Of a stretch of DNA of 64,000 nt, positions 10,776-23,560 are shown piece by piece. The stretch's first letter is position 1. Every line of letters begins with the position of its first letter. Source of the DNA: Takakia lepidozioides (taxonomy: Eukaryota > Plantae > Bryophyta); NCBI GenBank assembly GCA_030704615.1, contig CM060731.1, positions 4,278,001 to 4,342,000 on the forward strand, in the 5' to 3' direction. Made by a program: the position numbers and the translations under genes. The notes beneath the pieces were generated by a model. That model was not told the origin of the DNA. It did no database searches and was given only the letters and a program-made list of their open reading frames with translations.

Positions 10776-13700
10776 ACACTCATGGTCAGTGTTGCAATCC
10801 TCACTATCTTGGTGCCATGGTTCGTCCCTCGTGGCGGCCTCATCATAGCAATAGTAGCCATCTCAGCTTCGGTAAGGGTCGTTGAAGGTCCAAATTCTGT
10901 GTTGGGATTCACATCCTCCAATGCCTCTGCCAGTTGCATCCTTACGCATGACTCATTCTCACCCAAGCTGACACCAGTGACATCATGTACCACGCGCCGT
11001 GAGCGCGGCTCCTTCTGAAGTACTACTTTCCAGTTACCAGCGTTGGAGGGCTCATCTGCAAAAAAAACTTGCTCGACTTGCCATGGAAATGTGAATGGTT
11101 CATCTCCCGGTGGCAACATGCGATCGAAGTCCACGAGTAGGAAACCATACTCATCCTTCTTCATGGTGCGGTTGCGACCTGTCAAGCTTGCTCTGACCCA
11201 TTCACATATGCAGGAGTGACAGCACCATACTGAAGCTGTAAAATTTCACGAACAACACCGACATATTGCAGCTGGTTCATGACAGGGTTACCATCCACAC
11301 CCCTTCCCGTTGACTCTTCGGCAAAAATCTGTGCAACCCCAGAGTCGAATGTGACATGGTAATCAACCACACCTGTTTCCACCACTCTGTAGTGATTTCC
11401 GTATGCCCACATAGACCGAAATGAACGAGCAACAAACCCTGGTGGCTTACACAGATGACGAATATTTGCATCATACGCTGCTCCTCTTGAAACAACATTT
11501 TGTACTGCCGACTGTATCCACATATGAAAAGCAGGCAAAGGAAACATGTTTTCGGGGTATGGAACGGTGCGTTGGTGTGCATTTCTCCCTTGGGTGGTGT
11601 ATGTGGCTTGAAATTCGGCTCTGGCTGATTCTATGGTGGCCTTCTCAATATCATAAAGTCTGGTCATACTCAATTCACACTTAGTCAGGACCATAGTATG
11701 TACAAAGAGGCTGAGTGAAAATTGAGAATGCGCCAATTTTGTGTCCGGAAATGGTTCCCAGAGTTAGCATGTGAAGCCAAATAAATGATGTATACTTACC
11801 TCAGAAACGGTAATTAATTAAGAGAGTCGGACTATAGGCAACATTGTCAAAAACTGCCGTGTTGTGAAGCACATAGTCGTGTGCACTAGCCCGAAGCTCA
11901 GCCGACAGTTTCCTTGGAGTTCCAAAGCCTCTAATACTTCTCCCGCAACACTTTCTTCTTCGTTGCAATCCCAGACCCTTCTACGAGTTCCTGGAAATGC
12001 AGCTATGTACTCTGTGAGGAGGCCAAGAGCCTCATCAAGAGAATACCTCCTGGCCATGCAACCTTCTGGCCGGGCATAGCTCTTCACATATCCCTTCAAA
12101 TTTTCATGTACCTCTCGATGGGGTACATCCAACGCGAATTAACAGGACCACAAACCTCCAATTCATTCACAAGGTGTAGCACAAGGTGGGTCATGAGATC
12201 GAAGAATGAGGGGGGCAACTCTTTCTCCAACAAACAAAGCGTTACAACCACATCCTCCTTCAGGGCTGGTAGTTCCTCGGGATCCACTGTTTTCATGCAC
12301 AATGCGCGAAATACACGAGATAGCTTCATGATTGCGAGCCTTGGACCTTTGCCCAACAAACCTCGAATGCACAAAGGTAGAACTTGTTGCATCAGTAGAT
12401 GGTAGTCATGACTCTTCATGTGTGAAAGCTTGTTCTTAGCAATATGCTTCTTAAATGAAGCACCATACCCTGTCAGTGTCTTTAGAGCACCCAAAGTTGC
12501 ATAGAAGGTAGTAGTTTCCTGTCGATTCAACCGTAAGGAGCCTGCGGCTTCACCAACTTCCTGCCATCTCCGGGTGGGTTTTAACCATAAGTGAGGTCGT
12601 ATGCCCTCATTCTCCATGTCCTTCCTGCTCTTTACTGTGTCCTTTTCCCCCAATATGGTGCGCAATATGTTTTCACAAATTTTTTTCACAGTGCATAACA
12701 TCAAGGGTATACCGTATCAACAAATCCTGAAATCATGGAACCACCATCAATATGGTATACTTTGATGGTAAAGCCAAGAGATGACATCTTAATAATGGGA
12801 AAAGGAAGAAACCAGCCTTGCATGCTGCAGACAGTATCCAGAGAGACAAAAGCCAGACATTTTCATGGAAACAACCATATTGCTGCTACATGTGCCATAC
12901 ATAGGCGACTCCAAACTTGCTTCATGCAATTTGCATTAGGCTGAAATCTAAGTCGTGTGTGATGATCCTTACAATTGTATCCATGCAACTATGAAATCAG
13001 CCCTGCCAACAAACAAACAATGAAGACATACCCACCTTCCAATATGGGAGGTTCCAAAGGATCGACCTTCGCTTCATGCCATGGGATTTGGCAGGGCACA
13101 CATTCCGGCGACGGCTGCCAAATGTTTCCATGAACCTCTCGTTTTCCTCCGCATTTTGGAGCTGATCCACAGTGGATACTTGGGGGGGGGGGGTTGTCTG
13201 TGATCGGAGGCTCCATTGAAGTGGTTGCGATTGCGTCTATATGGATGGCCTGCTGGTAAGAATTTTCTGTGCCCCTGGTACCCATTTTGCTCAGTGCACT
13301 GGAGTGCCTGGCATCAAGATTGGGCCCGCACATGGGACAAGCCTTGTAGCCCCCAACTGCACACCCTGCTAGCATGGCATATGCAGGATAGTCATGTACT
13401 GACCACATCAGAATGGCTCTCATGACAAAGGTCCTTGATCCTTCATTGCCAGATGCATCATTAGCCCTAACACCTTCCACAACACGGTCAGCTCATCCAC
13501 CAGAGGCTGCAAGAACACATCCGCATTGGTCTTCTTCACGGATGTCGGCCCTGGAATTAAGAGTGTCAACATCATAAAAAAAGGCTTTGTGCTCAGCCAA
13601 GGAGGAAGGTTGTAGTTCATGAGCAAGACTGGCCACGTAGACCATTTTGTTGATTTATCACCAAAGGGATTGATACCATCCCATGCCAGACCTAGTCGCA

Positions 13701-14850
13701 AGTTGCGAGGTTCAGCTGCAAAAGCAGGCCATGTATCGTCAATGTATTTCCATGCAAGGCTGTCAGGCGGGTGTCTCATCTTCCCATCTTGACTTTGGTT
13801 CTCCATGTGCCACACCATAAGCTTAGATATCTCCTTGCACTTGTACATGCGCTGCAGCCGGGGAATCAAGGGGAAATGCCGCAAGACCTTCTGTGGAACC
13901 AACGACTTCATGCCAGGGATGTACCGAGGCGCCCCACATTTAGGGCAAGATGGTGCATCCTGCAGATCTCCCCTGTATAGCACACATCCCTTCTCACAAG
14001 CATGGATGCTATCGTAATTAAGCCCAGCTTTTGTTATAAGTTTCTTCGCTTCGTAATGAGATTTGGGCAAAAAATTCCCTTTAGGCAATAGATGTCCGTG
14101 AAAAAGTTTCAGAAGCTCATCCATCGCTGCGTTTGTGACACCATGAGTAGCACTAACGTTGAGCAAAAGCAACGTCGCACTCAAGCAGCTCGTGGGGCAG
14201 CCAACATACAGAGGTGTGGTTGCTTGATGCTGAAATTGGAAAGCAGCACCGTCATCCCCATCCCCATGACTTTGTCCATCATGATGGCACTCGTCTTCTC
14301 CAAGCCCTTCATCCTCATTAATGGTGCTTTGCACATTATCTGCAACTGCAAATGTTTCCTGCAACATGACAAGACTATACTCTTATAGTTTGCAGGTGAA
14401 CATGCAGGTGGAGAGTGTCGACTCCGAAGACGAAGACTTTCTGGAAGAACGTAGCCCCCCTGAGGATGATGTGGAAAGACAGATTAGCCCTGTTCCTGTT
14501 CGTGGTGGAGAGAATCTAGACCCCGACGTCGTGTTGCATAAAACAGGGAATCTCCAAATTGACCGTGCTAGTTTCCAATAGTAGTCCACTGTACATGTAC
14601 AGTGGAGGGCCGTTCAACATTACCATTCTAAGGGCTTCATCCTAAGTTATGTCTGCGAGAAGTGAGGCGAGAAATGCACGTCACTCACCATGGGATAACC
14701 CAACAGTGGATCCCGGTCATTGGCAAGCAAATGCAATTTGGCAGTTTCCACAAATTGGAGTCGACCCCCATGGCAGTCGTTGCAGGGACACATTATCTTT
14801 GAAATACCCAGTCTAGTTGCACGTCGTTCCTCGATTTGCCAAAGTCATGC
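10715..14850 (-). pseudogene. CACTA/EnSpm Tnp2-type transposase (transposase-associated CPCxxC, Transposase_21, DUF4218, DUF4216), frameshifted and multi-exon
   Basis: IMCPCNDCHG; IHACEKGC...CPKCG...LRHFPLIPRLQR...HPPDSLAW...RNLRLGLAWDG; HDYPAY; MKSHDYH; WMYPIER; EPFTFPWQVEQVFF. Confidence 0.9.
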
Positions 14851-15133
14851 GTCAGTGTGGGGCACCGCAGTGCGGCGCCGGGTGTTTCTAGTTCCGGCCT
14901 CTCTCATCCCCCACGAAACGCTTCTGGGTTTGGCTATTTTTTTGAGTGGGAAGTCAGCGAGTGCTCGGATGTGGGGAACCTACGTTTGTGCTTGCAGGCA
15001 TTGGAGTATTCGTATGGCGGGTCCACCTCCCCTCTGTTTCCTACATGCGCTCCTTCTATTGTTTGATCAGTAGATCATGGTAGTCTTGTTTGAGGTCGAT
15101 TACTGCGATTTGAGCGACGAGGAGGAACCCGCC

Positions 15134-17801
15134 ATGGCACGGACACGCAAGGCCTCTACACCCGACACCCCTCCACGCACTGCCTACGAGGAAGAGCGAG
15201 AGAGGCGCATAGCGGCAACAAGGAGACGTTGGCTCAGCTGAACATTGGGAGCGTTGCGTGCAGGTGAGCAGATCACCCTTGTCCTTAGTATGCATGCTAC
15301 ACAGGTAGTGAGTAGGGGTTTTCCCACCACATTAGCCTACTGCTTTTCCCTCCCATAGGTTTCATGGTGATGGCACTTTCACGATCGCCTTTTGTTTAGG
15401 GCAAGATTCACACAGGGTTTTGGAAATGTGTGCGCAACATAGCTAGGAGTGTACAACGGCCGACTAGGAGCTCCAAAGTTGTGTGGAACGGGCCTCCTCG
15501 ACGAAGTGGGCGCTTGAAAGAACTAGCATTACCTTCGATGGCGGAGGAAGAGCCCGAGACTCCCCAGTCGGTGGGCTCTGAGGCAGAGGAACTCGACGAG
15601 CGTGATCAGGAGCTCGATGAGGATTACAACATAGATGACGACGACGATTCGGAGGAGGAAATGCACGAGGACAAGAGGAGGACGAGGATGGAGATGATGT
15701 GGACAAGGTATCAGATTTGGAGAACTACATCAGTGGTGCATGTGGACTGACCGAGCCTCCCAATGCAACGCATGCTCCGAGGGCACCAAAACGGCCAACT
15801 CCTCTTCCACGAGAGGTAAGTGGGCATTTGCTGTACTGATTTCTTAAGTTTGTGGCAGGATTTGCATTTTCTTATTTGTTTTTCCTTTTGGTCCCAGCAG
15901 TTTTTTCCATTTTCCACTAGCAGGATGAAGCACCACTTTCTTGCCCTCTATACCTCATGATACAGGGTTTATCTACTGTCTATTCCTTGGAACCCAAATC
16001 TGTTATTAAAGTCTTCTATACATTTTTCCATTTTGTGCCATGAGAAATGCACTCTGCAGATTGCTGACTCCCTCACAGGAGGTTCAAACTTGTGATGGCC
16101 TGTCTTAATACCCAAAAAGCGCAAAGGGGGTTGTGGGAGGGAGGGACCTGCACAGGTAGGGGGCTGCATATTGTGGTGTCATGTTGCAACAAGAAAGAAA
16201 TTGTAGTGGGAGAGGAGGAACCCCCAGGAGCACGATGGTAACCGCCTCATCAGCCAGCCATGTCCGAGAGGGGGGCGCTCACGACTCTTCCTCCCCCATC
16301 TTCCTGCCCCCTCTATTGTCAAATGTTGATAATATGTGAAGCCATTATCAGCCATTATCATATTGTACTCTCATTGATATGTACGATGGTCATCGGGGCC
16401 AGATTGTGCCTACAAGGATTCCCCAAAGAACCCCGAAAGAGGGTAAAACATACAAGGAGACTTTCCCAGTGACGTTTGGCGTGTTCAATGGATCAGACCT
16501 AAATGCATTTTGGGTGTGATTTCTGCTGCATTCAGTGTATGTATTTATAGAGCCGTTTTTTGTTGATGTATCCTACATGATGTTCATGCTTTATCTTCCT
16601 ACATAACTCTTTCCCACATGTTGATTTGCAGGATCCAGTGAGAAAGAAGAAGGGAGTTGCTCCGGCAGGTGTCTTCAACCATCCCTCCCCACGTCTTCAA
16701 CCAACCCCGGATGGAGGAGGCCCTCCTTCCTTTCCACGTAACACTGGTGCGTTTTATCCCCTGGCATTCAGAGGTATGCACAGTATGAACAACAAACTGC
16801 TCATGTTCCAACCGCCCCTGAAATTCACCCGCCCTTTTCTCAGTCGTACAATGCAAACAGCCCGTCAGGGAGAACCGGTCATGTGCAGTTCCGTGTGGGG
16901 CATTTCCGCAAACTGGGGAAGCACAACATGCTCCTGTTCAGCATGGGCACTACCACGAAGGGTGTGTGGTACCCTCACCCCAACCCTCCCCCACCTGCGC
17001 ATCCTCCCCAGGCAACGTATCCCAGAAGCCCCATGTATACTGCGCCGTTGCATGGCCCTTATTCCAGGCAGCCCATAGCTTCACCCAATTGCAACGCTTC
17101 GCGGCCTCTTCAATTCCCAAGCTCACCAGCTCCAAGCACAGGTTATGTTCCTGCCCACCCCACACCCCACGTTGGTGCGTGGCAGGGTTTCATGTCCGCC
17201 TGAAGGGCCCCATGTTGCAGGTTGTGAGGGAGGAGAGGAGGCCCGTGATTCCAATATGACTCCAGATGCGCAACATTTGACTGGCAAGGACAAAGCCAAT
17301 TTTTTGCGCAAGGCGAGGAGAGTAGCACGGAGAGGGTTGAAGGAAACGTCTTGTGCAAATGTTGCTGCTGGGCAAAAGAGATTCATAGTTGCGTGTGGCA
17401 AAAAGGGCCCATGCGGGGATGCACGGAATGACTGGCTGGCAGCCCGTGTGCTGGACTGTTCTGTGCCCATCCATCTTCAACCTCAAAGTCTGATTGACGA
17501 GGTGGGTGAAGTATTAGCAGATGATTGGGAATATTTACCTCTTGGGATAACTGGCGCCCAACTTCGAACTGAGATTGGAGGCGTCATTAAATACCAGCGC
17601 ATCAAACTGTTTAGAAAAGTGTACTCCCGTGGCAAACCTAAGCCCCACTATGTTGCGGACAAGACTTGGGTAGAACTTGTGAGGCATTGGAACACGCCCG
17701 AATGGCAAAAGAGTCGTGATAATGGCAAGCATGCACGGGGGCATGTTGGTGCCCCTTCGAGATCTGGACGCAGTGGCCTTAGCGGCGTTGAGGAACGTCT
17801 G
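15134..17801 (+). pseudogene. CACTA accessory TnpA/PTTA (Transposase_24)-like gene, multi-exon, interrupted by a LINE
   Basis: N-terminal YEEERERRI..NKETLAQLNI; acidic and Pro-rich exons; KPHYVADKTWVELVRHWNTPEWQKSRDNGKHAR...SGRSG. Confidence 0.65.
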
Positions 17802-17886
17802 GTAAATCTGCCTGTCACATGACATTGCCAATATATTCAGGTAGTGAGGTGTCTTGTCATTTGTATCTTACTCTTAGAGGATGGCA

Positions 17887-20389
17887 TTCTCCCTGTCCTC
17901 TAGGAGCTATTGACATTGGGTGGACTTGAAACGGGAGTACATTAATGTCTCTGTGACTAAATGCCGGCCTTGTGACCTCGTGTTCTTGTTTGTTTCGACC
18001 TGAAGCACTTTGCTTCAGGTAAGGTAGTGCATTGGATTTAGTTGGAAAGCTTGGGGCCTTTCCCTCTTTAGAATATGCCTACACGGGTCAGCAAGTACAA
18101 GCGCTGAAGACTACTAAAGGTGCAGTGGTGACTTCATCGGTTGACATTGTCAAAACCTTTGAAACTCACTACAGTATCCTTGGCAGAACTTCTAGGTCTA
18201 ACAGTGAGGGGTCTTCTGCTGAATGGAGGGACATAGTTGGAAAAACTGTTCCTATGATTCAAAACAGCCCTGATGAACTGGAGTATTTTCAATGGCTTAT
18301 AATGCTCCCATTAGTTCTTCAGAGATTGTGGAAGCAATTGAACATTTAAATGGATATAAAGCTGGTGGACCTGATGGTATTGTCAACGAGCTTATCAAGC
18401 ACGGTGGCCATCCCATGATAGAGGCCCTAGTTCTCCTCTTTAACCTTATCTGGAAGACTGAAATGATCCCCTTTCGCTGGCGACAGGGGTCATTGTCAAT
18501 CTATACAAGAAGGGTGACAGAGAAGAACCGGGGAACTACCGTGGCATCACGCTCCTCAATGCTGTTGGCAAGACATTCTGCAGAGTTATAAGTACTCGTC
18601 TCGAGGTTGATCTGGAGTCTAGAGGTTGTTTCCACACGAAGGCCAAGCTGGCTTTCGGCAAAACAGGGGATGTGTGGATCATATCTTCACTCTAAGCCAG
18701 ATTATCCAGGGAAGGAGAAAAGAAGGGAAACCCACTTATGTCTTTTTCCTGGATGTCAAAAAGGCTTATGACACAGTGTGGAGAGATGGCCTATGGTTTC
18801 CGCCTCTGGTCTTGTGGGATCAAGGGAAAGATGTGGAGAGTTGTCCACAACTTGTATGCTCACACCAAAAACTGTGTCACTGTTAACGGACAGAAGTCCA
18901 ACTTCTTTGACATAGACCAAGGTGTAGCTCAAGGATGTACTCTCCCCCTCTGCTCTTCAATGTTTTCATCAATCAACTCCTCGAGGATGTGGAAAGTGAG
19001 GGATTTGGGTTAAGGGTGGGTGATACCACCATACCAGCCCTTATGTTTGCGGATGACTTCGCAGGCATAGGGGACTCCAACCAATCTCCAGGAGTTGATT
19101 GATTGCACGAAGAGATACTTTGATCTTTGGGGGCTAGAGGCTAATGTCAGCAAATGTGCAGTGGTAGCATTCAACGACAGAGGAGAGGGAGGAAGTGATC
19201 TTAAGTGGCAGTGGGGTAGCCAAGAGATCCCGGTCCTCCCTTCCTACACTTACCTGGGCGTTGAGTTCTCCTCCAATTGTAATTGGATGCACATATCCGG
19301 AAAGTTTTCAAACTGGCAAGGGCAAAGCTCTGGGGCTCACTAAATTTTTCCACTGCAGAGGGGTCAACTCTGAGGTTAAGAAAACCATGCTTTGTCGCGT
19401 TATTAGACCTACCTTGGAGTATGGATCTGCTATATGGGTTGATAACTCCAACCAGGCTAAGTCTCTAGAATCCATTCAAGTGGGGGTGCTTAAGGAGTGT
19501 ATGTCAGCATGCTCCAAAACAGCCAATGTGGCTGTTCGGGGTGAGTTTGGCATTCCGTCCTTAAGCTCCCGACGAGATGAATTCAAGGTCAGATGGTGGG
19601 TCAGCTGCAACATATGCCCAACACCAGATATCCTAAGTTAATCGACTCTATATCTTGGAAATAGGACCGCCCTGTCAAACAGGCTAAGTCCTGGCAGAAG
19701 AGAGTAGAAGAGATCCTCAAGGACCTGGACCTGGATCCGCAAGTCTTGACCCTGCTGGATAAATCTGACTTGGAGGCTGTAGTGTCCTCAGCCATGTCTG
19801 TTGCCATGAGATTGTCTGATGAAAATGAAGTTAGGCAGAAAACTTCCCTGAACTTGTTTCCAGTCTGTGACATGGGGGAGGACATCTTGGATGACCTCAA
19901 GGGTCTACCCACTCTCGGCACTAGACTGAAATTTAAACTCAGGGCATGAAGCCTACCTTTGAACAGCAAACAGAAGCAGAGAGGAAAGGGAGAGTGCAAT
20001 TGCCCGTTGTGTGGGCAATCTGAAGACAATATTCATTTTCTGATACACTGTTCGGGGTTCTCTCACCAAAGAGACGCTCTCTTCAAATTTATTAAGGGAA
20101 TTGTGCCTGTACCCCTGTTTACCAACTTTGAAAGTCTCGAGGCTGAGCCAAAAGCCCAAGCCCTCCTGAGGCCTAGTTTTTGGGCAAATCACACACAACA
20201 GATTGATGCTTGTATGAAGGGATTTCTAGAGGATATCTGGAAAACCCGGATTAATTCTTTATATGGAGGTAAGTCTTACTACCAACGTCAGCCCCTGACA
20301 GAGGTAGGTTCTGTCCCTTTTTTTCCCGCTCAAACTGGGCGCGGGGTCAATGGCCACAAGGCTACGGCAAACAACGTCTTATGAGTACA
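17887..20389 (+). mobile_element. 5'-truncated RTE/RTEX-like LINE (RT and C-terminal Zn finger), frameshifted
   Basis: KAGGPDGI, NYRGITLL, QAGFR, FLDVKKAYD, GVAQG, FADD, CPLC...HFLIHC; 15-bp TSD TCTTAGAGGATGGCA at 17872-17886 and 20390-20404. Confidence 0.9.
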
Positions 20390-20419
20390 TCTTAGAGGAT
20401 GGCACTACTATTCCCATAC

Positions 20420-23400
20420 ACTGGAAGTAAGGCTGCCATTCCATAAACTAATTGGAATGGTGTATACTTAGTGGTGACTTTATAGGAAGTCCTGTATGAC
20501 CACAAAGCTGTCAGCAGCTTTGTATCCCAATCAATTCTGTTTGCATTGACTATCTTAGCCAAGATAGTACATAGTATTTTGTTGGTAGCCTCTGCCTGCC
20601 CATTACCCTGTGGGTAATATGTTGTACTCTTTCTATGTACAATCATGAACTCTTTAGTCAACAACTCAATGGTCTCATTCATGAAGTGACTTCCCTGATC
20701 ACTGATAAATTCTAAGGGACAGCCATCGTGTATAGTTTCTCGTACAGAACCTTGCGTGGACTTGGCTGTGTTGTCCCTCAAAGCTTTAGCTTCCACCCAC
20801 TTCGTGGTATAATCAGTGGCTGTAATTATGTACCTGTTCCGTGTATTCTTGGCTGGTGGGTTTATCGGTCCAACAAAGTCTAGTCCCCATTTCTGAAATG
20901 GTTCCGTAGGCATTGTAGGATGCAAGGCCATCCTTCCAGATCTCTGCAAAGGTCCTAGCCTCTGACATTCATCACAACTCTGACAATACTCGTGTACATC
21001 TTTGAACAAAGTAGGCCACCAGTAACCTGCGAGTAGTATCTTCCTACTGGTAGTCTCTTCTCCAAAATGACCTCCAGCCACTCCTTAATGAACTTCCTCC
21101 AAAACTTTATTTACTTCATGGTGGTACAAGCATCGTTTTAGTACTCCATCAGGTCCTAGCTTATACATTCTGCTTCCTACCATAGTATAAGGTAAAGCTT
21201 TGATAGCGATTCTCTTCCTCTGCTCCTTACCATAACTAGGTGGGCACTGACCATGAGCAAGGTAGTATCTGATTGGCCACTGCCAATCTAACCAGTCATC
21301 TGCACTTCCCTGCACCTCCACTGCAAAGAGACTCGCATCTGGTAATTGACCATCTATTCCTGTGGCTGGTTCTCCTGTTGATAACCGTCAAATGATCCGC
21401 CACAAGATGCAGTCTCCCAGGCTTGTAAACAACCTCGAACTCAAACTCGTGCAAGATTATCAACCATCTTGCTATTCTTTCCCGCTTATCAGAGGTTTGT
21501 TTACCAGGTATATCAGAGCCTGGTGATCCACATAGAACATAAACTTCTTGCCTAACAGGTAATGCCTGAATTTCTTCACTGCATAGATCATTGCCAATGC
21601 TTCTCTTTCCGTTGTGCTATAGTTCCTTTCATTCAGCACTGTTCATCAACCGGCTAGCATAGTACACAGGTGAATTTATATTTCCTGTAACATTCTGGGC
21701 TAACACCGCTCCCAACGCTTCTCCTGATGCATCGCAGTGAACATAAAATACTACATGCCAGTGAGGGTTAATCAGCACAGGTTAGTTGTTGTTACTGACA
21801 GTGTAAGTTCCTCAAACGCCTGTTGACATTCAGCTGTCCAGGCAAACACACTGCATCTTTCTTCAGTAGTTTGCTCAATGGTGCTGCTATTTGTGCATAC
21901 CTTTTGACAATCTTCTGTAATAACTGGTTTGCCCAAGGAATCTCCTTAGACTTTTAACATTCACTGGTGGTGGAGAGGCTTTAATGGACTCTGTCTTTCT
22001 GGGATCCACAAGGAGTCCCTTCTTACACACACAATGTGTCCCAGAAGCACCCCTGAGTTCACACAGAAAATACACTTCTCTGGATTCAGGCCCAGACCTC
22101 TCATCCTGCATCTGGCCAAACATAACTCCAATTTATGCAAGTGCTCATTCTTAGAGCTGTACACACTGAAATCATCCAAGAATACCTGCATGAAATCATC
22201 CAGATACTCATGAAAAGATTCACTTATCACTCTCTGAAAGGTTGCTGGTGTATTATAAAGTCCAAAGGGCATGACTTTGTATGCATAAGCCCCCCAGTCT
22301 GTGATGAAAGCTGTTTTCCCTTGGTCTTCTTCTGCCACTTGCACTTGATTATAACCACTGAAGCCATCCATGAATGAGTACATCTCATGGCCTGCCACAG
22401 TGTCTAATACTGCTTCTGTGAATGGCAAAGGGAAAGGATCTTTCTTCATACAAGCATTCAGCTTCTTATAGTTCACACATACTCTTAGTTTGCCATTCTT
22501 TTGGGAACTATAACAATGGGTGACAACCAAGTTGTATACTCTATTGGGTATATAAACTTAGCCTCAGCCAACTTTTTTATCTCTTCTCCAACCTTCTGTG
22601 CGTAGTTGGGATTCATTCTATACCTTGCCTGCTTGATTGGTACTGACCCTGGTTCCAGTTCAATCTTATGCTGACAGACTTCAGGTGGTATCCCTTTTAG
22701 ATCCTCATAGCTCCAAGCAAATACATCTCTGTATTTGATGAACAAGCTTTTAGCTTCTTCGAAGAATTCCGGCTCCAAATCAGCTCCTACTTTCACCATC
22801 CTCGGTTCCTCTTTAGTTCCCACATTTACTTCCCTCACCTGCTCATCAGCTGTGATTGTCCAACCAGTCACCACTTCATCCTGTAAGCTCACAGTGGCTG
22901 GTTCTTCTAGGATTTCTATTTCTCCTTCTCTTTCTTCATAGAAATGTGATGGGTAAATGCTGGTTTCCTCCTCTTCAGTTGGTGTTGCTGTCACTACACC
23001 ACAGCAGATACCTCTCAAACAACTTAGGCTTTCCAGCCGCATCTCTGCAACATGCTCCCACTCTGGGTGTGCAGCAAATAGGGTAGCTTCCTGCTCCTCA
23101 TCCAGTCCTCCTTTCCAGTCATACTCTCTGACTCCTCGAGGTCTTCTTGTAGCAGGTAATCTACTAGATTTCTTTGTGGTAATTTGTATCTCGTGTATCC
23201 CATTATGCACGGTTAGTAACTGAGAATTCCAGTCGTGGAATACCCTGGCCTGTTTCAGCCACGGACGTCCCAATAATAAGGAGTAAGCCTCCATGACTTC
23301 ATCCATTTTCAACACAGTTCCTGTGATCATAAAGATCATCTTCTGTATCTGTATCTTAACTCCTCTTATTAATCCCAATGGCTGTACACTTCTTTGATCT

Positions 23401-23560
23401 GCCATTGTTACTATAAATGGGGCTGGGTTCATGTTACTTAGACCAAGCTTCTCTTCCTTATTGGTCTGTCATGATATTTACTCTAGAACCTCCATCTATC
23501 AGTACATCCGTTAGTTCTGTGCTCCCAATTCTCAATTGGATTACTGGCATAGAATCATCA
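20420..23560 (-). pseudogene. Gypsy pol (protease, RT, RNase H, integrase), frameshifted
   Basis: LIDGGS, MDGFSGYNQV, FLDDF, VHCDAS, GGHF...CQSCDEC, KWGLDFVGP, GQAE. Confidence 0.9.

Noticed and set aside
20403-20410. CACTACTA as a CACTA terminus
   Set aside because: Overlaps the LINE TSD, has no subterminal repeats and no matching opposite end.
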